From Thermodesulfobacteriota bacterium (GTDB lineage Bacteria; Desulfobacterota_D; UBA1144; Nemesobacterales; JAJCZQ01), in the NCBI GenBank assembly GCA_965203965.1, contig CBDBDR010000017.1, positions 704,001-768,000 on the forward strand: a stretch of 64,000 bases of DNA, given 5' to 3'. Position numbers and translations under genes: made by a program. Shown one piece after another: positions 9,212-19,876 of the stretch. Each line of letters opens with the position of its first letter. Position 1 is the stretch's first letter. The notes beneath the pieces are model-generated. The model searched no databases and was not told where the DNA came from. It saw only the letters and a list, made by a program, of their open reading frames with translations.

Positions 9212-9418
9212 ATGCGGAAGATCAGAAATGTTTTAGCAGATTACCAAAAGTCAGGCTTTATGATAGTAAAAGGTGGAAAAGGCAGTCACCGCAAATTGAG
9301 ACATCCTTCCGGTGTAACCGTCATTTTATCAGGTAAACCGAAAGACGATGCACTACCCTACATAGAAGATCAGTTACAACAAAATTTATTAAAGGTAGAA
9401 AATAAAAAATTTAAGTAA
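9212..9418 (+). CDS. hicA: HicA family toxin
   Basis: 68 aa, basic, GGKGSHRKLRHP motif; GAGGAG RBS. Confidence 0.9.
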   Translation: MRKIRNVLADYQKSGFMIVKGGKGSHRKLRHPSGVTVILSGKPKDDALPYIEDQLQQNLLKVENKKFK

Positions 9419-9431
9419 ACACGTAAACATT

Positions 9432-9782
9432 ATGAAAATTAAAAAAATATCCGATAAATATTTTAGATACATTTACTGGTCTGATACAGACAAGCATTTC
9501 ATAGGCTGTTGTCCAGAGCTAAACATCAAAATTCACAGGAAAGACAACGATCAGAAAAAGCTATTTAAGGATTTATGTGACGTTATTGATTTTCACGTAG
9601 AAGACGAAATGAAAAGAGATGACTCAAATCTGCCCAAGTCAATTTTAAATAAAGAATATTCTGGTGAATTGAGACTAAGATTGGGAGAGCATTTGCACAG
9701 GATGCTGGCAGTGGAATCTTATAAGCAAAACATGAGCATAAATAGCCTGATAACCGGAGCCATTGAAAATTTTTTGAAATAA
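9432..9782 (+). CDS. hicB: HicB family antitoxin
   Basis: YWSD...FIGCCPEL N-domain and YSGELRLRLGEHLHRMLAVES...SINSLI RHH-like C-domain. Confidence 0.88.
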   Translation: MKIKKISDKYFRYIYWSDTDKHFIGCCPELNIKIHRKDNDQKKLFKDLCDVIDFHVEDEMKRDDSNLPKSILNKEYSGELRLRLGEHLHRMLAVESYKQNMSINSLITGAIENFLK

Positions 9783-9851
9783 GAAAGTAAATAATCTATT
9801 TCAGCAATCTAACTATCCAATTTTCAACTTCGTATCGTATTAGAATACCAA

Positions 9852-9924
9852 TGGAGCTGAAGGGATTCGAACCCTCGACCTCATGAATGCCATTCATGCG
9901 CTCTCCCAACTGAGCTACAGCCCC
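9852..9924 (-). tRNA. tRNA-Ala (GGC)
   Basis: GGGGCTGTAGCTCAGTTGGGAGAGCGCATGAATGGCATTCATGAGGTCGAGGGTTCGAATCCCTTCAGCTCCA; G3:U70 pair; CCA not encoded. Confidence 0.97.
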
Positions 9925-10055
9925 TTATCGGACGTTAATTTTACAATCAATAAAGCTAATATCAAAAAAGGATGAAGTTTCTTCAACTCCAAAGATAAAA
10001 AAATCACAACTCATGTATAATGTCAATTTCACATAAATTTTAAGGAGAGCTATTA

Positions 10056-11351
10056 ATGGGTTCAATAAACGTGGGTTTAATAGGAGCTGGCACCGTAGGC
10101 ACAGGCGTGTATAAGGTGCTTAAAAACAACCTGAAACTTATAAAAAAAAGAAGACCATTTGATCTGAAACTGATCAAGGTCGCAGACATTGATCCTAAGC
10201 GAAAAAGAGCTGTAAAAATACCGGAGAACCTGTTCACAAAAGACGCATACGAACTTATAAATGATCCAAGTATCAACGTAATAATAGAACTTGTTGGTGG
10301 AACTACGATTGCAAAGAACTTCGTGATTGATGCACTAAGTGCAGGAAAGCACGTGGTTACTGCAAACAAGGCACTCCTTGCACATCATGGGAAAGAAATT
10401 TTAAATTTGGCGTCAAAAAAAGGTCTGGCAGTGGGTTTTGAAGCAAGCGTTGGCGGTGGAATACCTGTAATCAAATCGGTGATGGAAAGTTATGCTGCGA
10501 ACAATATATTTTCTATACACGGAATAATGAACGGAACCTGCAACTACATTCTGGATAAAATGACCGAAGAGGGAAGCCAGTTTCAAGCGGTTTTGAAACA
10601 AGCTCAAGCAGAAGGCTATGCAGAAGCAGACCCAACTTTTGACGTTGATGGAATTGATGCCGCCCACAAACTGTCAATTATGATAATGCTTTGCTGGGGA
10701 AAGTTCTTTAATTTTAACAAATACCACATTGAAGGTATTAGAAAAATAACCCCTCTTGACATATCGTTTGCAGATGAACTTGGCTACAAAATAAAGCTAC
10801 TTGCAATTGCCAAAAGAGTGAAAGATGGTATTGAAAGTGGAATTTATCCTGCACTTGTCAGGAAAGCAACCCAGCTTGCGGATGTTAAAGAGGCATTTAA
10901 CGCCATACATATTGTTGGTGACGCAGTAGGACCTACAATGCTTTACGGCATGGGCGCGGGAATGATGCCAACTGCCAGTGCCGTTGTGAGTGATCTTATA
11001 GAAATAGCAAACAACCATCACAGTTCAAATAAACATCTGGTTCCAAACCCGTATGCACGAGATGAAAAGATCAAACTTATTGATATTAAGGAAACAACCA
11101 ACAAATATTACTTGCGTTTTGAGGTAGAAGATAAGCCCGGCATCATTGGCTTAATAACAAGCATACTCGGGAAATTCAACATCAGTATTGAATCAATAAT
11201 ACAGAGAAGAAAAAAACATAAAACCGTTCCTATAATATTAATGACGCACGAGACAAAAGAAAAAAACCTTATGGGTGCCCTGAAAAAAATAGAATCTCAA
11301 GGAAACATAACCAAAAGCGAAACTGTTTTTGTCAGAATAGAAGAGATATGA
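10056..11351 (+). CDS. hom: Homoserine dehydrogenase with ACT domain
   Basis: GAGTVG, VVTANKA, FEASVGGGIP, GYAEADPTFDVDGIDAAHK, C-terminal DKPG ACT domain. Confidence 0.96.
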   Translation: MGSINVGLIGAGTVGTGVYKVLKNNLKLIKKRRPFDLKLIKVADIDPKRKRAVKIPENLFTKDAYELINDPSINVIIELVGGTTIAKNFVIDALSAGKHVVTANKALLAHHGKEILNLASKKGLAVGFEASVGGGIPVIKSVMESYAANNIFSIHGIMNGTCNYILDKMTEEGSQFQAVLKQAQAEGYAEADPTFDVDGIDAAHKLSIMIMLCWGKFFNFNKYHIEGIRKITPLDISFADELGYKIKLLAIAKRVKDGIESGIYPALVRKATQLADVKEAFNAIHIVGDAVGPTMLYGMGAGMMPTASAVVSDLIEIANNHHSSNKHLVPNPYARDEKIKLIDIKETTNKYYLRFEVEDKPGIIGLITSILGKFNISIESIIQRRKKHKTVPIILMTHETKEKNLMGALKKIESQGNITKSETVFVRIEEI

Positions 11352-11444
11352 ACAGCAATGAGTTTCGTATAAATAGGAAAAAGTGCTGCTGGGATTTACA
11401 GAAACCCCTTTGCCAATAATCCGTGTGAATTCGGCGTGAACATT

Positions 11445-12128
11445 TTAAGTCAAACCCCTTGAGATATTCAACAAAGCATTTTTTGCAGCCGCTCGTTCTG
11501 CCTCTTTTTTGTTTTTACCCACACCTTCACCTTTGAGCTTTAAACCAATCTCAACTTTTACATAAAACCTCTTATCATGAACGGGACCTTCTTCATCCGT
11601 AACCGAATATACAGGTATCTTGTGAAATATTTTTTGAGAAATCTCCTGAAGCTCACTTTTGTGATCTGAAAAAATTGCACCATCCTCAACACACTCTCTC
11701 ACCATATCGGAAATTATTTTTAAAGTCTCTCCGTATCCACCATCAATATATATTGCAGCTATTACTGCTTCAAAGACTCCAGCCAAATTGGAATCCCTGC
11801 ACCTTCCACCCGTGCTATCTTCTCCTTTGCCCAGCAAAATTTGCTTATCAATTTTGAGCATCCGTGCATAACGTGAAAAATTGGCTCTACTCACAATAGC
11901 ACTCTTCAGCTTTGACAACTCACCTTCACAACTCCCTGGAAACATACGGTAAAGTTCCTTTGCAACGACGCACCCGAGTATAGCATCACCCAAAAATTCC
12001 AATCTCTCGTTACTCTCCACAAGAAACTCGTTAGCATACGAGCTATGAGTAAGAGCCGTCTGAAGTAAATCTTTACGTTTGAATTCATAATTGAGCCTCT
12101 TCTCTATCATTGGTGAAAAAACTATCAT
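11445..12128 (-). CDS. rnc: Ribonuclease III
   Basis: ALTHSS, NERLEFLGDAIL signature, C-terminal dsRBD; true start may be 12110. Confidence 0.97.
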   Translation of the reverse strand: MIVFSPMIEKRLNYEFKRKDLLQTALTHSSYANEFLVESNERLEFLGDAILGCVVAKELYRMFPGSCEGELSKLKSAIVSRANFSRYARMLKIDKQILLGKGEDSTGGRCRDSNLAGVFEAVIAAIYIDGGYGETLKIISDMVRECVEDGAIFSDHKSELQEISQKIFHKIPVYSVTDEEGPVHDKRFYVKVEIGLKLKGEGVGKNKKEAERAAAKNALLNISRGLT

Positions 12129-12485
12129 AATGCTATTTCAAAATCAATTACCACTGCTTTGGGCAAATAATGCCTAAAAAGTATGAATAAAATTTCCTGT
12201 CCATTATACTGGCAATTTTGTTTTATAAATTGGTAAATCTTGGAAAACTAAGATTTATATAAAAACACTCAACTTAAATAATTTCAATAATTTAAGTTGG
12301 TTACAACATAAGACATGTTAAATTCACTGAACAATTGATTTTTCAATATTTACTGATTTAATTTATGAATAATTTTAGAAAATTTACTGTATAAATAATT
12401 TGAAAAAGTGGTATGTTGGTTACGTTGTTTTATCGGCAAATAATATATTGAGTTCGGATATTATTAAATTTTGCAGGAGGTTTAA

Positions 12486-12830
<345 letters not shown>

Positions 12831-12918
12831 TCCTGAACAAATTCTGACTCTGAGTTTCATGGAGCTACTATTATGTCCATAACTCGTTTTTACTAAACAG
12901 AAAAGGAGGTCTTATTTT

Positions 12919-14376
12919 ATGGCTACACAAAATAAAAAAACCAGTAAAAGTGCAGTTATTCCGAGAAACAGCACTGATGTTTTAAAAATAATTAAAGATA
13001 ACAAGATAGAATTTGTTGATTTCAGATTCTTGGATTTCATGGGAATGTGGCAGCACTTCACCGTGCCTTCACGAGAGATGGACAAAGATAAATTTGACTC
13101 GGGACTTGGTTTTGACGGTTCCAGCATCAGAGGATGGCAATCAATCAACGCAAGTGACATGTTGGTTCTTCCAGATTCAACAACCGCAAAGATTGACCCT
13201 TTTATGTCTGCTCCCACCGTTGCAATTATATGTAATATTGAGGATCCAATAACAAGAGAACCATATACAAGGGATCCGAGAAACATCTCCAGAAAATCTC
13301 TGTCATATATGCAAAGCACCGGGATTGCAGACTCGGCATTTTTCGGTCCCGAACTAGAATTCTTTATTCTGGATGATGTAAGATATGATCAAACTGCAAA
13401 TTCAGGATATTATTTCATAGATTCCATTGAGGGTATATGGAACTCCGGCAGAGAGGAATTTCCAAACCTTGCATATAAACCGCGTCATAAGGAAGGGTAT
13501 TTTCCAACACCACCTTCGGACAGCATGCACGATATAAGATCAGAGATGGTAACTGTATTGGAAAGCCTGAATATTGAGGTTGAAGCACACCATCATGAAG
13601 TTGCCACAGGTGGTCAGGCTGAAATAGACATGCGATTTGCCCCACTCCTCGAAATGGGTGACAGCATGATGTGGTATAAATACATTATCAAGAATGTCGC
13701 ACGCAAAAACGGCAAAACAGCCACATTTATGCCCAAACCACTGTTTGAAGACAATGGTTCCGGCATGCACATTCACCAGTCACTTTGGAAAAAGAACAAA
13801 CCCCTATTTGCAGGCAAAGGATACGCTGGGATGAGCGATCTTGCTATGCATTACATTGGTGGAATTTTAAAACACGCAAGAGCCATCTGTGCTTTTAGCA
13901 ATCCAACGACCAATTCCTACAGGAGGCTAGTGCCCGGATTCGAAGCACCAGTGAACCTCGCTTACTCTGCCAGAAACAGGAGTGCAGCAGTAAGGATACC
14001 AATGTATTCTTCAAACCCTAAAGCAAAGAGGATCGAAACAAGATTCCCTGATCCCTCCTGTAATGGTTATCTAACATTTTCAGCAATGCTGATGGCAGGA
14101 CTTGACGGGATAGAGAACAAAATTCATCCAGGTGAACCATTAGACAAGGATATTTACGCACTTGGACCCGAGGAGCTTGCAAATGTTCCGAACGTACCCA
14201 GTTCTCTGGAAGAAGCAGTAAAAGCCCTGAGAGATGATCATGATTTCTTACTGAAGGGTGATGTATTTACAGAGGATGTCATTCAAACGTGGATAGATTA
14301 TAAAATGGACGCGGAGATCAACCCGATTAAATTGAGACCTGCTCCTTATGAATTTATGCTCTATTATGACGTATAG
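12919..14376 (+). CDS. glnA: Glutamine synthetase type I
   Basis: [23 protein letters not shown]...[16 protein letters not shown]. Confidence 0.98.
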   Translation: MATQNKKTSKSAVIPRNSTDVLKIIKDNKIEFVDFRFLDFMGMWQHFTVPSREMDKDKFDSGLGFDGSSIRGWQSINASDMLVLPDSTTAKIDPFMSAPTVAIICNIEDPITREPYTRDPRNISRKSLSYMQSTGIADSAFFGPELEFFILDDVRYDQTANSGYYFIDSIEGIWNSGREEFPNLAYKPRHKEGYFPTPPSDSMHDIRSEMVTVLESLNIEVEAHHHEVATGGQAEIDMRFAPLLEMGDSMMWYKYIIKNVARKNGKTATFMPKPLFEDNGSGMHIHQSLWKKNKPLFAGKGYAGMSDLAMHYIGGILKHARAICAFSNPTTNSYRRLVPGFEAPVNLAYSARNRSAAVRIPMYSSNPKAKRIETRFPDPSCNGYLTFSAMLMAGLDGIENKIHPGEPLDKDIYALGPEELANVPNVPSSLEEAVKALRDDHDFLLKGDVFTEDVIQTWIDYKMDAEINPIKLRPAPYEFMLYYDV

Positions 14377-14413
14377 AATGGATCATCATCTGACCTAAAG
14401 TTAAAACAGAACT

Positions 14414-14458
14414 AAAAAAAGGGCAGGCACTCTGGTAAAAAAGTGCCTGCCCTTTTTT
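14414..14458. terminator. Bidirectional intrinsic terminator between convergent glnA and nuoL
   Basis: A7-GGGCAGGCACT-loop-AGTGCCTGCCC-T6; perfect 11-bp stem. Confidence 0.9.
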
Positions 14459-14463
14459 ATGTT

Positions 14464-16437
14464 TTATATAAGAAATGCTATCACTATTACTAATACTGTC
14501 CCTACAGCTATTGCGGTTGCATAATATCTTAATATTCCCTTCTGGGTGGATATTGCTATAGTTCCCACGCTCTTCATCAAGTTGCCTGCACCATTTACCA
14601 TCCCATCAACAACAGCTCTATCAAACTCAGCGAAACGATTGGAAAAATGGTTAAATGGTTCTATAAATAAAGACTGATATAGCTCATCAACGTAAAATTT
14701 AGCGTATGACCATCCGTATAATACTCTGACATTTAAACTCTTGCTGAACCAGTTCAGAGAGGAAGGTCTTATTAAGTATATGTATAAAGCAATACAAATA
14801 CCTGAAACAGCAACAACAACGGATAAAAACGCAAGTGTCCAGTGATCAAGTTGTCCGTGATGGGAAAGTAGATTGTTGCCATACTCATACATGGAAGATC
14901 GGAGAAAATTTTCAATAAGATTGCTATCTGCAATCCCAAAGGCTTTTCCCATAAACTCAGGAAATCCTACATATCCCCCTATAACCGAGAGAAATGCAAG
15001 AATGACCAAAGGTAATACCATCGTAGAGGGAGATTCATGGATATGACGCTCAACTTTTTCCGGGATCCTGGATTTTCCTTCAAAGGTCAACAGGTAAAGT
15101 CTCATCATATAAAAAGCTGTAAAACCCGCGGTAATTAATCCAACAAGCCAAAACACCGTAAAACCTTTATCATATACAGCAGCGAGAATACCATCCTTAC
15201 TGTAAAAACCTGATAATAGTGGGATACCCGCAATAGCCAATGTACCAATAAGAAAAGTTAGGGATGTAACGGGAATATATTTTCTAATACCTCCCATGTG
15301 TCTTATATCCTGTTCACCCGACATGGCATGGATTACACTGCCTGATCCAAGAAATAAAAGTGCCTTGAAAAAAGCATGCGTAACAACGTGAAAAATGGCA
15401 ACCGCATAAGCACCAACACCTATTGCCATAAACATGTATCCAAGCTGACTTACGGTTGAATAAGCCAGTACTTTTTTAATGTCATTCTGAGTAATAGCGA
15501 TCACTGCCGCAAGAAATGCAGTAAGGGTAGCAATAACCAGCACTGTGTATTGTGCCAATGGTGAAAGAGTAAATATGATATTACAACGAGCCGTTAAATA
15601 CACGCCTGCAGTTACCATGGTGGCAGCATGTATCAGTGCACTGACGGCAGTGGGACCCGCCATGGCATCGGGAAGCCACACGTAAAGTGGAAGTTGTGCT
15701 GATTTTCCAACTGCACCCACAAACAGCAAAAGTGCGATTACCGTGATTGTAGCTTCAGAAATTGCTCCATTTAGTTGAGGTGAGGCAAGTTGTCCAAATA
15801 CCTCCTGGTAATTTACGGAGCCGAAAGTTACAAATATCAAAAATATCCCCAGTATAAAGCCGAAATCCCCTATTCTGTTCACTATAAAGGCCTTTCTGCC
15901 AGCGTAAGCCTTTTTCTTGTCCTCAAACCAGAAACCTATAAGCAGGTATGAAGTAAGCCCTACCCCTTCCCAACCGACAAACATTACGGGAAAGTTATCA
16001 CCAAGAACCAGAAGCATCATAAAAAAGATAAATAGATTGAGAAAACAAAAATATCTCGCGTAAGAGCCATCGTGCTTCATGTAGCCGACTGAATAAATAT
16101 GTATTAGAAATCCAACCCAAGTAATAATAAGTGCCATAACCGCTGACAATGAATCAAAAAGCAATGAGAACCTGATGTTGAGAGATCCAGATGATATCCA
16201 GGCAAAAACATCCTCTACTATCGGTCCTTGTCCTGCCTCCATACCGAGAATCTTGAAGAACAACACTGTGGAACAGATCGCAGAGAGAAAAACAACTGTG
16301 CATGCTATGGTCCCAACTGCATCTTTTTCCCATTTTTCATTCTTGTTCCGGAATAAAACATCTTTTAACGGTGTGGCAAAGAGTAACCCGTTAACCACCG
16401 CGCCGATCAATGGAAAAAGCACAATAAACAAGAGCAT
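14464..16437 (-). CDS. nuoL: NADH-quinone oxidoreductase subunit L
   Basis: WEGVGL, NRIGDFG, GKSAQLPLYVWLPDAMAGPTAVSALIHAATMV. Confidence 0.96.
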   Translation of the reverse strand: MLLFIVLFPLIGAVVNGLLFATPLKDVLFRNKNEKWEKDAVGTIACTVVFLSAICSTVLFFKILGMEAGQGPIVEDVFAWISSGSLNIRFSLLFDSLSAVMALIITWVGFLIHIYSVGYMKHDGSYARYFCFLNLFIFFMMLLVLGDNFPVMFVGWEGVGLTSYLLIGFWFEDKKKAYAGRKAFIVNRIGDFGFILGIFLIFVTFGSVNYQEVFGQLASPQLNGAISEATITVIALLLFVGAVGKSAQLPLYVWLPDAMAGPTAVSALIHAATMVTAGVYLTARCNIIFTLSPLAQYTVLVIATLTAFLAAVIAITQNDIKKVLAYSTVSQLGYMFMAIGVGAYAVAIFHVVTHAFFKALLFLGSGSVIHAMSGEQDIRHMGGIRKYIPVTSLTFLIGTLAIAGIPLLSGFYSKDGILAAVYDKGFTVFWLVGLITAGFTAFYMMRLYLLTFEGKSRIPEKVERHIHESPSTMVLPLVILAFLSVIGGYVGFPEFMGKAFGIADSNLIENFLRSSMYEYGNNLLSHHGQLDHWTLAFLSVVVAVSGICIALYIYLIRPSSLNWFSKSLNVRVLYGWSYAKFYVDELYQSLFIEPFNHFSNRFAEFDRAVVDGMVNGAGNLMKSVGTIAISTQKGILRYYATAIAVGTVLVIVIAFLI

Positions 16438-16450
16438 AGTCTAATACTTT

Positions 16451-16756
16451 CTATCCTTTTAAGAGTTTTAAAATATCAATGTCAAGACTGGCTTTATGAT
16501 TATAAATAAGAACAACAAACGCAAGCCCTACGGCAACTTCGGCGGCTGCAACAGTTATCGCCATTATCATAAAGATCTGGCCTGCTAAATCGTCAAGATG
16601 ATAGGAAAAAGATATAAAGGCAAGATTGCAAGCATTCAGCATAAGCTCCAGAGACATCAATACAATAATGAGATTTTTCCTCGTAAGAACACCGTAAGCA
16701 CCTATTACAAACAACATAGTGCTGATAACAATATAATGAGTAAGTGTTATTTCCAT
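16451..16756 (-). CDS. nuoK: NADH-quinone oxidoreductase subunit K
   Basis: LMSLELMLNA...AAAEVAVGLA; 101 aa. Confidence 0.96.
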   Translation of the reverse strand: MEITLTHYIVISTMLFVIGAYGVLTRKNLIIVLMSLELMLNACNLAFISFSYHLDDLAGQIFMIMAITVAAAEVAVGLAFVVLIYNHKASLDIDILKLLKG

Positions 16757-17259
16757 TACAGATTTTGTCCTTTTCGGGCAATTGAGACAACTCCCACAAT
16801 TGCCGCTACTATCAACACTGAAGTCAATTCAAATGGAAGCAGGTAGTCGGTAAATAATACCTTTCCAACACTTTCTACCGTCCCGAAGTTTTCTGAAGTT
16901 TCAGATGCTACAATCATGTTAATAGTGAGTTTGGATGCAAAATATCCTACAACTGCCACTATCACAATCAAAAATGTAATTTTTTTCGCAAGACTCCCAG
17001 CGTCAAACTGAAGTGATTTTTCCTTAATGTTCAAGAACATCACGGTAAAAAGAAAGAGAACTATTATAGCTCCCGCATACACAAGAACTTGAATTACTGC
17101 TATAAACTGGGATCTAAGCAGAATAAAAAGAGCTGCCGTGAAAAAAAAGGTTAACACCATGGCAATTGCACTCACAACCGGGTTCCTGTGTAACACAACT
17201 ACCATTGATCCAAATACCGTAAGTGCCGCAAATATGTAAAAAAACAGACTTTCTACCAA
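16756..17259 (-). CDS. nuoJ: NADH-quinone oxidoreductase subunit J
   Basis: NPVVSA, QVLVYAGAIIVLFLF, YLLPFELTS. TTG start at 17259 (GGAG upstream) preferred over the ORF-track start at 17346. Confidence 0.93.
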   Translation of the reverse strand: MVESLFFYIFAALTVFGSMVVVLHRNPVVSAIAMVLTFFFTAALFILLRSQFIAVIQVLVYAGAIIVLFLFTVMFLNIKEKSLQFDAGSLAKKITFLIVIVAVVGYFASKLTINMIVASETSENFGTVESVGKVLFTDYLLPFELTSVLIVAAIVGVVSIARKGQNL

Positions 17260-17363
17260 AATCCACTCCACGAACGCTTTCAAATACAAGATCAAAGATG
17301 TTGATACAAACAGTAGTTCAACGAGAGAACTATATTTACTGTGCAAATATAGTCAAACAATTA

Positions 17364-18029
17364 CTACCTGCTGCTCTTCACTCCTACTTTCAGGCAGTAT
17401 TTCTCCACCGGACAGGTGCTGCAGTAGGGAGAAACCGGCCTGCATAAATGTTGTCCGAAGGAGACAAGCAAATAGTTATAATCAATCCAGTATTTTTGAG
17501 GCAGCTTTTTCCTGAGCTCAAATTCTGTTTGCTCAGGCGTTTTGGTTTTTACATACCCAAACCTGTTTGATATTCTGTGAACGTGTATATCCACGCAAAC
17601 ACCCGGCTTGTTAAATCCAGAAGTAACAACAAGATTAGCAGTTTTCCTACCCACACCTTCAAACTTTAAAAGCTCCTCAAGATCATCTGGCACAACCGAA
17701 TTGTGTTCTTCTATGAGTTGCTTACAAAGTTTAATTATCCTTCTTGCTTTAACTCTATAAAAGCCCACGGGATAAATAAGGCCGGCTAATTTTTTTTCCC
17801 CAAGACGAAAAATTTCCCCGGGCGTGGATGCTTGTTCAAACAATCTCCGTGAAGCCTCTGCGGTTGTCTCATCTTTTGTTCTCAGACTGATAAGTGTAGA
17901 GATCAGGACTTTGAAAGGATCTCCGGTGGAAGCTGCAACAAGATTGATGACGGGAGCGTTCCATTTTTTTACCTCTTTTTTCAGAATGTCTAAAACCGTA
18001 TCTATATTTCCGTCATCAAATTTTTGCAC
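17364..18029 (-). CDS. nth: Endonuclease III
   Basis: HhH LLKFEGVGRKTA, VDIHVHRI, C-terminal C-x6-C-x2-C-x5-C 4Fe-4S motif. Confidence 0.93.
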   Translation of the reverse strand: MQKFDDGNIDTVLDILKKEVKKWNAPVINLVAASTGDPFKVLISTLISLRTKDETTAEASRRLFEQASTPGEIFRLGEKKLAGLIYPVGFYRVKARRIIKLCKQLIEEHNSVVPDDLEELLKFEGVGRKTANLVVTSGFNKPGVCVDIHVHRISNRFGYVKTKTPEQTEFELRKKLPQKYWIDYNYLLVSFGQHLCRPVSPYCSTCPVEKYCLKVGVKSSR

Positions 18030-18148
18030 GATAAAAAGTAATATATTTCAGGCTTATGTGCAAAAACAACAGGAATAAAATGTAAGACTCGCGATCGTAG
18101 ATTAGACCCAAAGTAACAAATTACTTTCAGGTCATTGCAGGGCAGACC

Positions 18149-18898
18149 CTATTGCAGTAGCTCGCTGTTCAATGCTCCTTCACATTTATGCTTTATATCT
18201 TCCCATTTCTGAAAGAATAGTCTTAAAACAGAATCTGCTTCTTCAATCTTTTTCTGCTGTAGTAGTTTCAGGAATTTTGAAATTTCCCCTACACTTTCTT
18301 CATTGTGCAAAGTAGAAATATGAATATGAGTACATATTTCTCCGTAGTTCAAAATGATAAATCCTTCTTTTTCAAATTTGTTAAGCCAGCTTTTTAAATT
18401 ATCAACCCCATCATTCAGATAATTCAGATAACCTGCAAACGGCGTCTCAACAGCCGAGGAAATGAAATCCTTGATAATGTTACCCCTTTTATCCAGCCTG
18501 CTTCTGGCTTTAGCCAGTGATGTATCGTAATGAATTGTATTGAAACCCCAATGTGTATAAAAATTTTTTCTTTCGTCCCTTTCAAACATTATAAACCATT
18601 CATGTGGTATTGAATTTTCAAATGAAAAAATATTTTCTGAACCGATAAGTGGTGCAATAAAATAATCCTGTTCACCCTTTTTTAAAAAGAAACAATCCTT
18701 GATTTCACTGTCTTCAATATTCATGTGTTCTGATAAGGCAACCCTGAAATTCTGGTATTCATTGCCAAACCACACACCAAAAGGTGAAGTTGGACCACAC
18801 CAATACATTTCGTAAAACTTGGAATATTCAAGCCAGTATTCGCTTTGATCTCCAAAACTGTCCAAGGGTTCATAAACAATAAGCGTGCTTGTAGCCAT
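18149..18898 (-). CDS. Conserved hypothetical protein
   Basis: Long ORF (track 18149-18934); ATG 18898 (MATSTLIVYEPL) is the more plausible start. Confidence 0.8.
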   Translation of the reverse strand: MATSTLIVYEPLDSFGDQSEYWLEYSKFYEMYWCGPTSPFGVWFGNEYQNFRVALSEHMNIEDSEIKDCFFLKKGEQDYFIAPLIGSENIFSFENSIPHEWFIMFERDERKNFYTHWGFNTIHYDTSLAKARSRLDKRGNIIKDFISSAVETPFAGYLNYLNDGVDNLKSWLNKFEKEGFIILNYGEICTHIHISTLHNEESVGEISKFLKLLQQKKIEEADSVLRLFFQKWEDIKHKCEGALNSELLQ

Positions 18899-19002
18899 AT
18901 AAATCATTATCTGTTGTATCTTCAGAAAAATCAAGAACGCACACCCCTATACTCTCATGTCACAAGATTGAAATATTTTTTCATGAGCGTAGCATTCTCA
19001 AC

Positions 19003-19707
19003 ATGAAATATCTTACGATAGAAGATCTTATCCAAGAAGCAGATAAGAGAAATATTGATCTTGGTAAGAATCCGGAGCAAACAATACGCAAATATGCAAC
19101 GCTTGGTTTGATACCCAAACCCAAACGAAAAAAAGCAGAAAAAGGGACAAAAGCTACTGTAATTTACTATCCTGAAAGAACAATTGAAAAATTGATTCAA
19201 GTCAAAACACTGAAATCAGAAGGACTTAGTATAGATGAAATCAAGGACAGTTTTGCACTTACGTACATTCAAAACACACTTCAGGATATGTTATCAGGCT
19301 CGGATGACGGCAAGATTAAACAGCTTGCTAAAATCTTATCAGGGCATAAAAAAGAGTTGGAATCAATCGTGGAAGCCCCTCTCGTTTATTTAATGGAAGG
19401 AATGTCAGATAAAGAAGCAACAAAACTGATTACTCTTTTTTGTGGAATAGGTTTTCATGCAATATTGGATGCCCAGAAAGAACTTGAGAATCTTAACTTT
19501 AACGAAGCCCGCAAAAATCTTTTCAAGGCGGTTTTCTACAATTCTATCTCCGTCCTCAGACTCGCCAGAAAAACAGGCGAAAATGAACTTGAAAAAACTG
19601 CACTCGAAGTATATGACAAAATGGTTCTGGAACCTCTGAACAGAGCAAGCGAGATTGTCAGGAGAAATTTTACGGAATCCCTGAAAAAACATGAGCAACG
19701 TAAATAG
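19003..19707 (+). CDS. MerR-like HTH DNA-binding protein
   Basis: TIEDL...TIRKYATLGLIPKP...YYPERTIEKLIQVKTLKSEGLSIDEIK. Confidence 0.8.
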   Translation: MKYLTIEDLIQEADKRNIDLGKNPEQTIRKYATLGLIPKPKRKKAEKGTKATVIYYPERTIEKLIQVKTLKSEGLSIDEIKDSFALTYIQNTLQDMLSGSDDGKIKQLAKILSGHKKELESIVEAPLVYLMEGMSDKEATKLITLFCGIGFHAILDAQKELENLNFNEARKNLFKAVFYNSISVLRLARKTGENELEKTALEVYDKMVLEPLNRASEIVRRNFTESLKKHEQRK

Positions 19708-19876
19708 AATGACAAACAATAAACTTCACGGGTCAATACTTTGTGGAAATATAGGAAGATAGTGATCTAAGTATGCCAAAAAATACGGGGTCAATTCTTG
19801 ATCTTCAAAAGTGGAAATTGCAATATAGCCCAAATTGAAAGATAGCATTTTCACAACTATAATTCACCGTTAAAAA

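Noticed and set aside
9067..9336. 89-aa ORF overlapping the LivK-like gene and hicA
   Set aside because: Out of frame with hicA, which has the family motif and its own RBS.
18083..18148. Known ncRNA or riboswitch (SRP, 6S, SAH, ZTP) upstream of nth
   Set aside because: Only one imperfect hairpin and no family-defining motifs; kept only as part of the REP-like observation.
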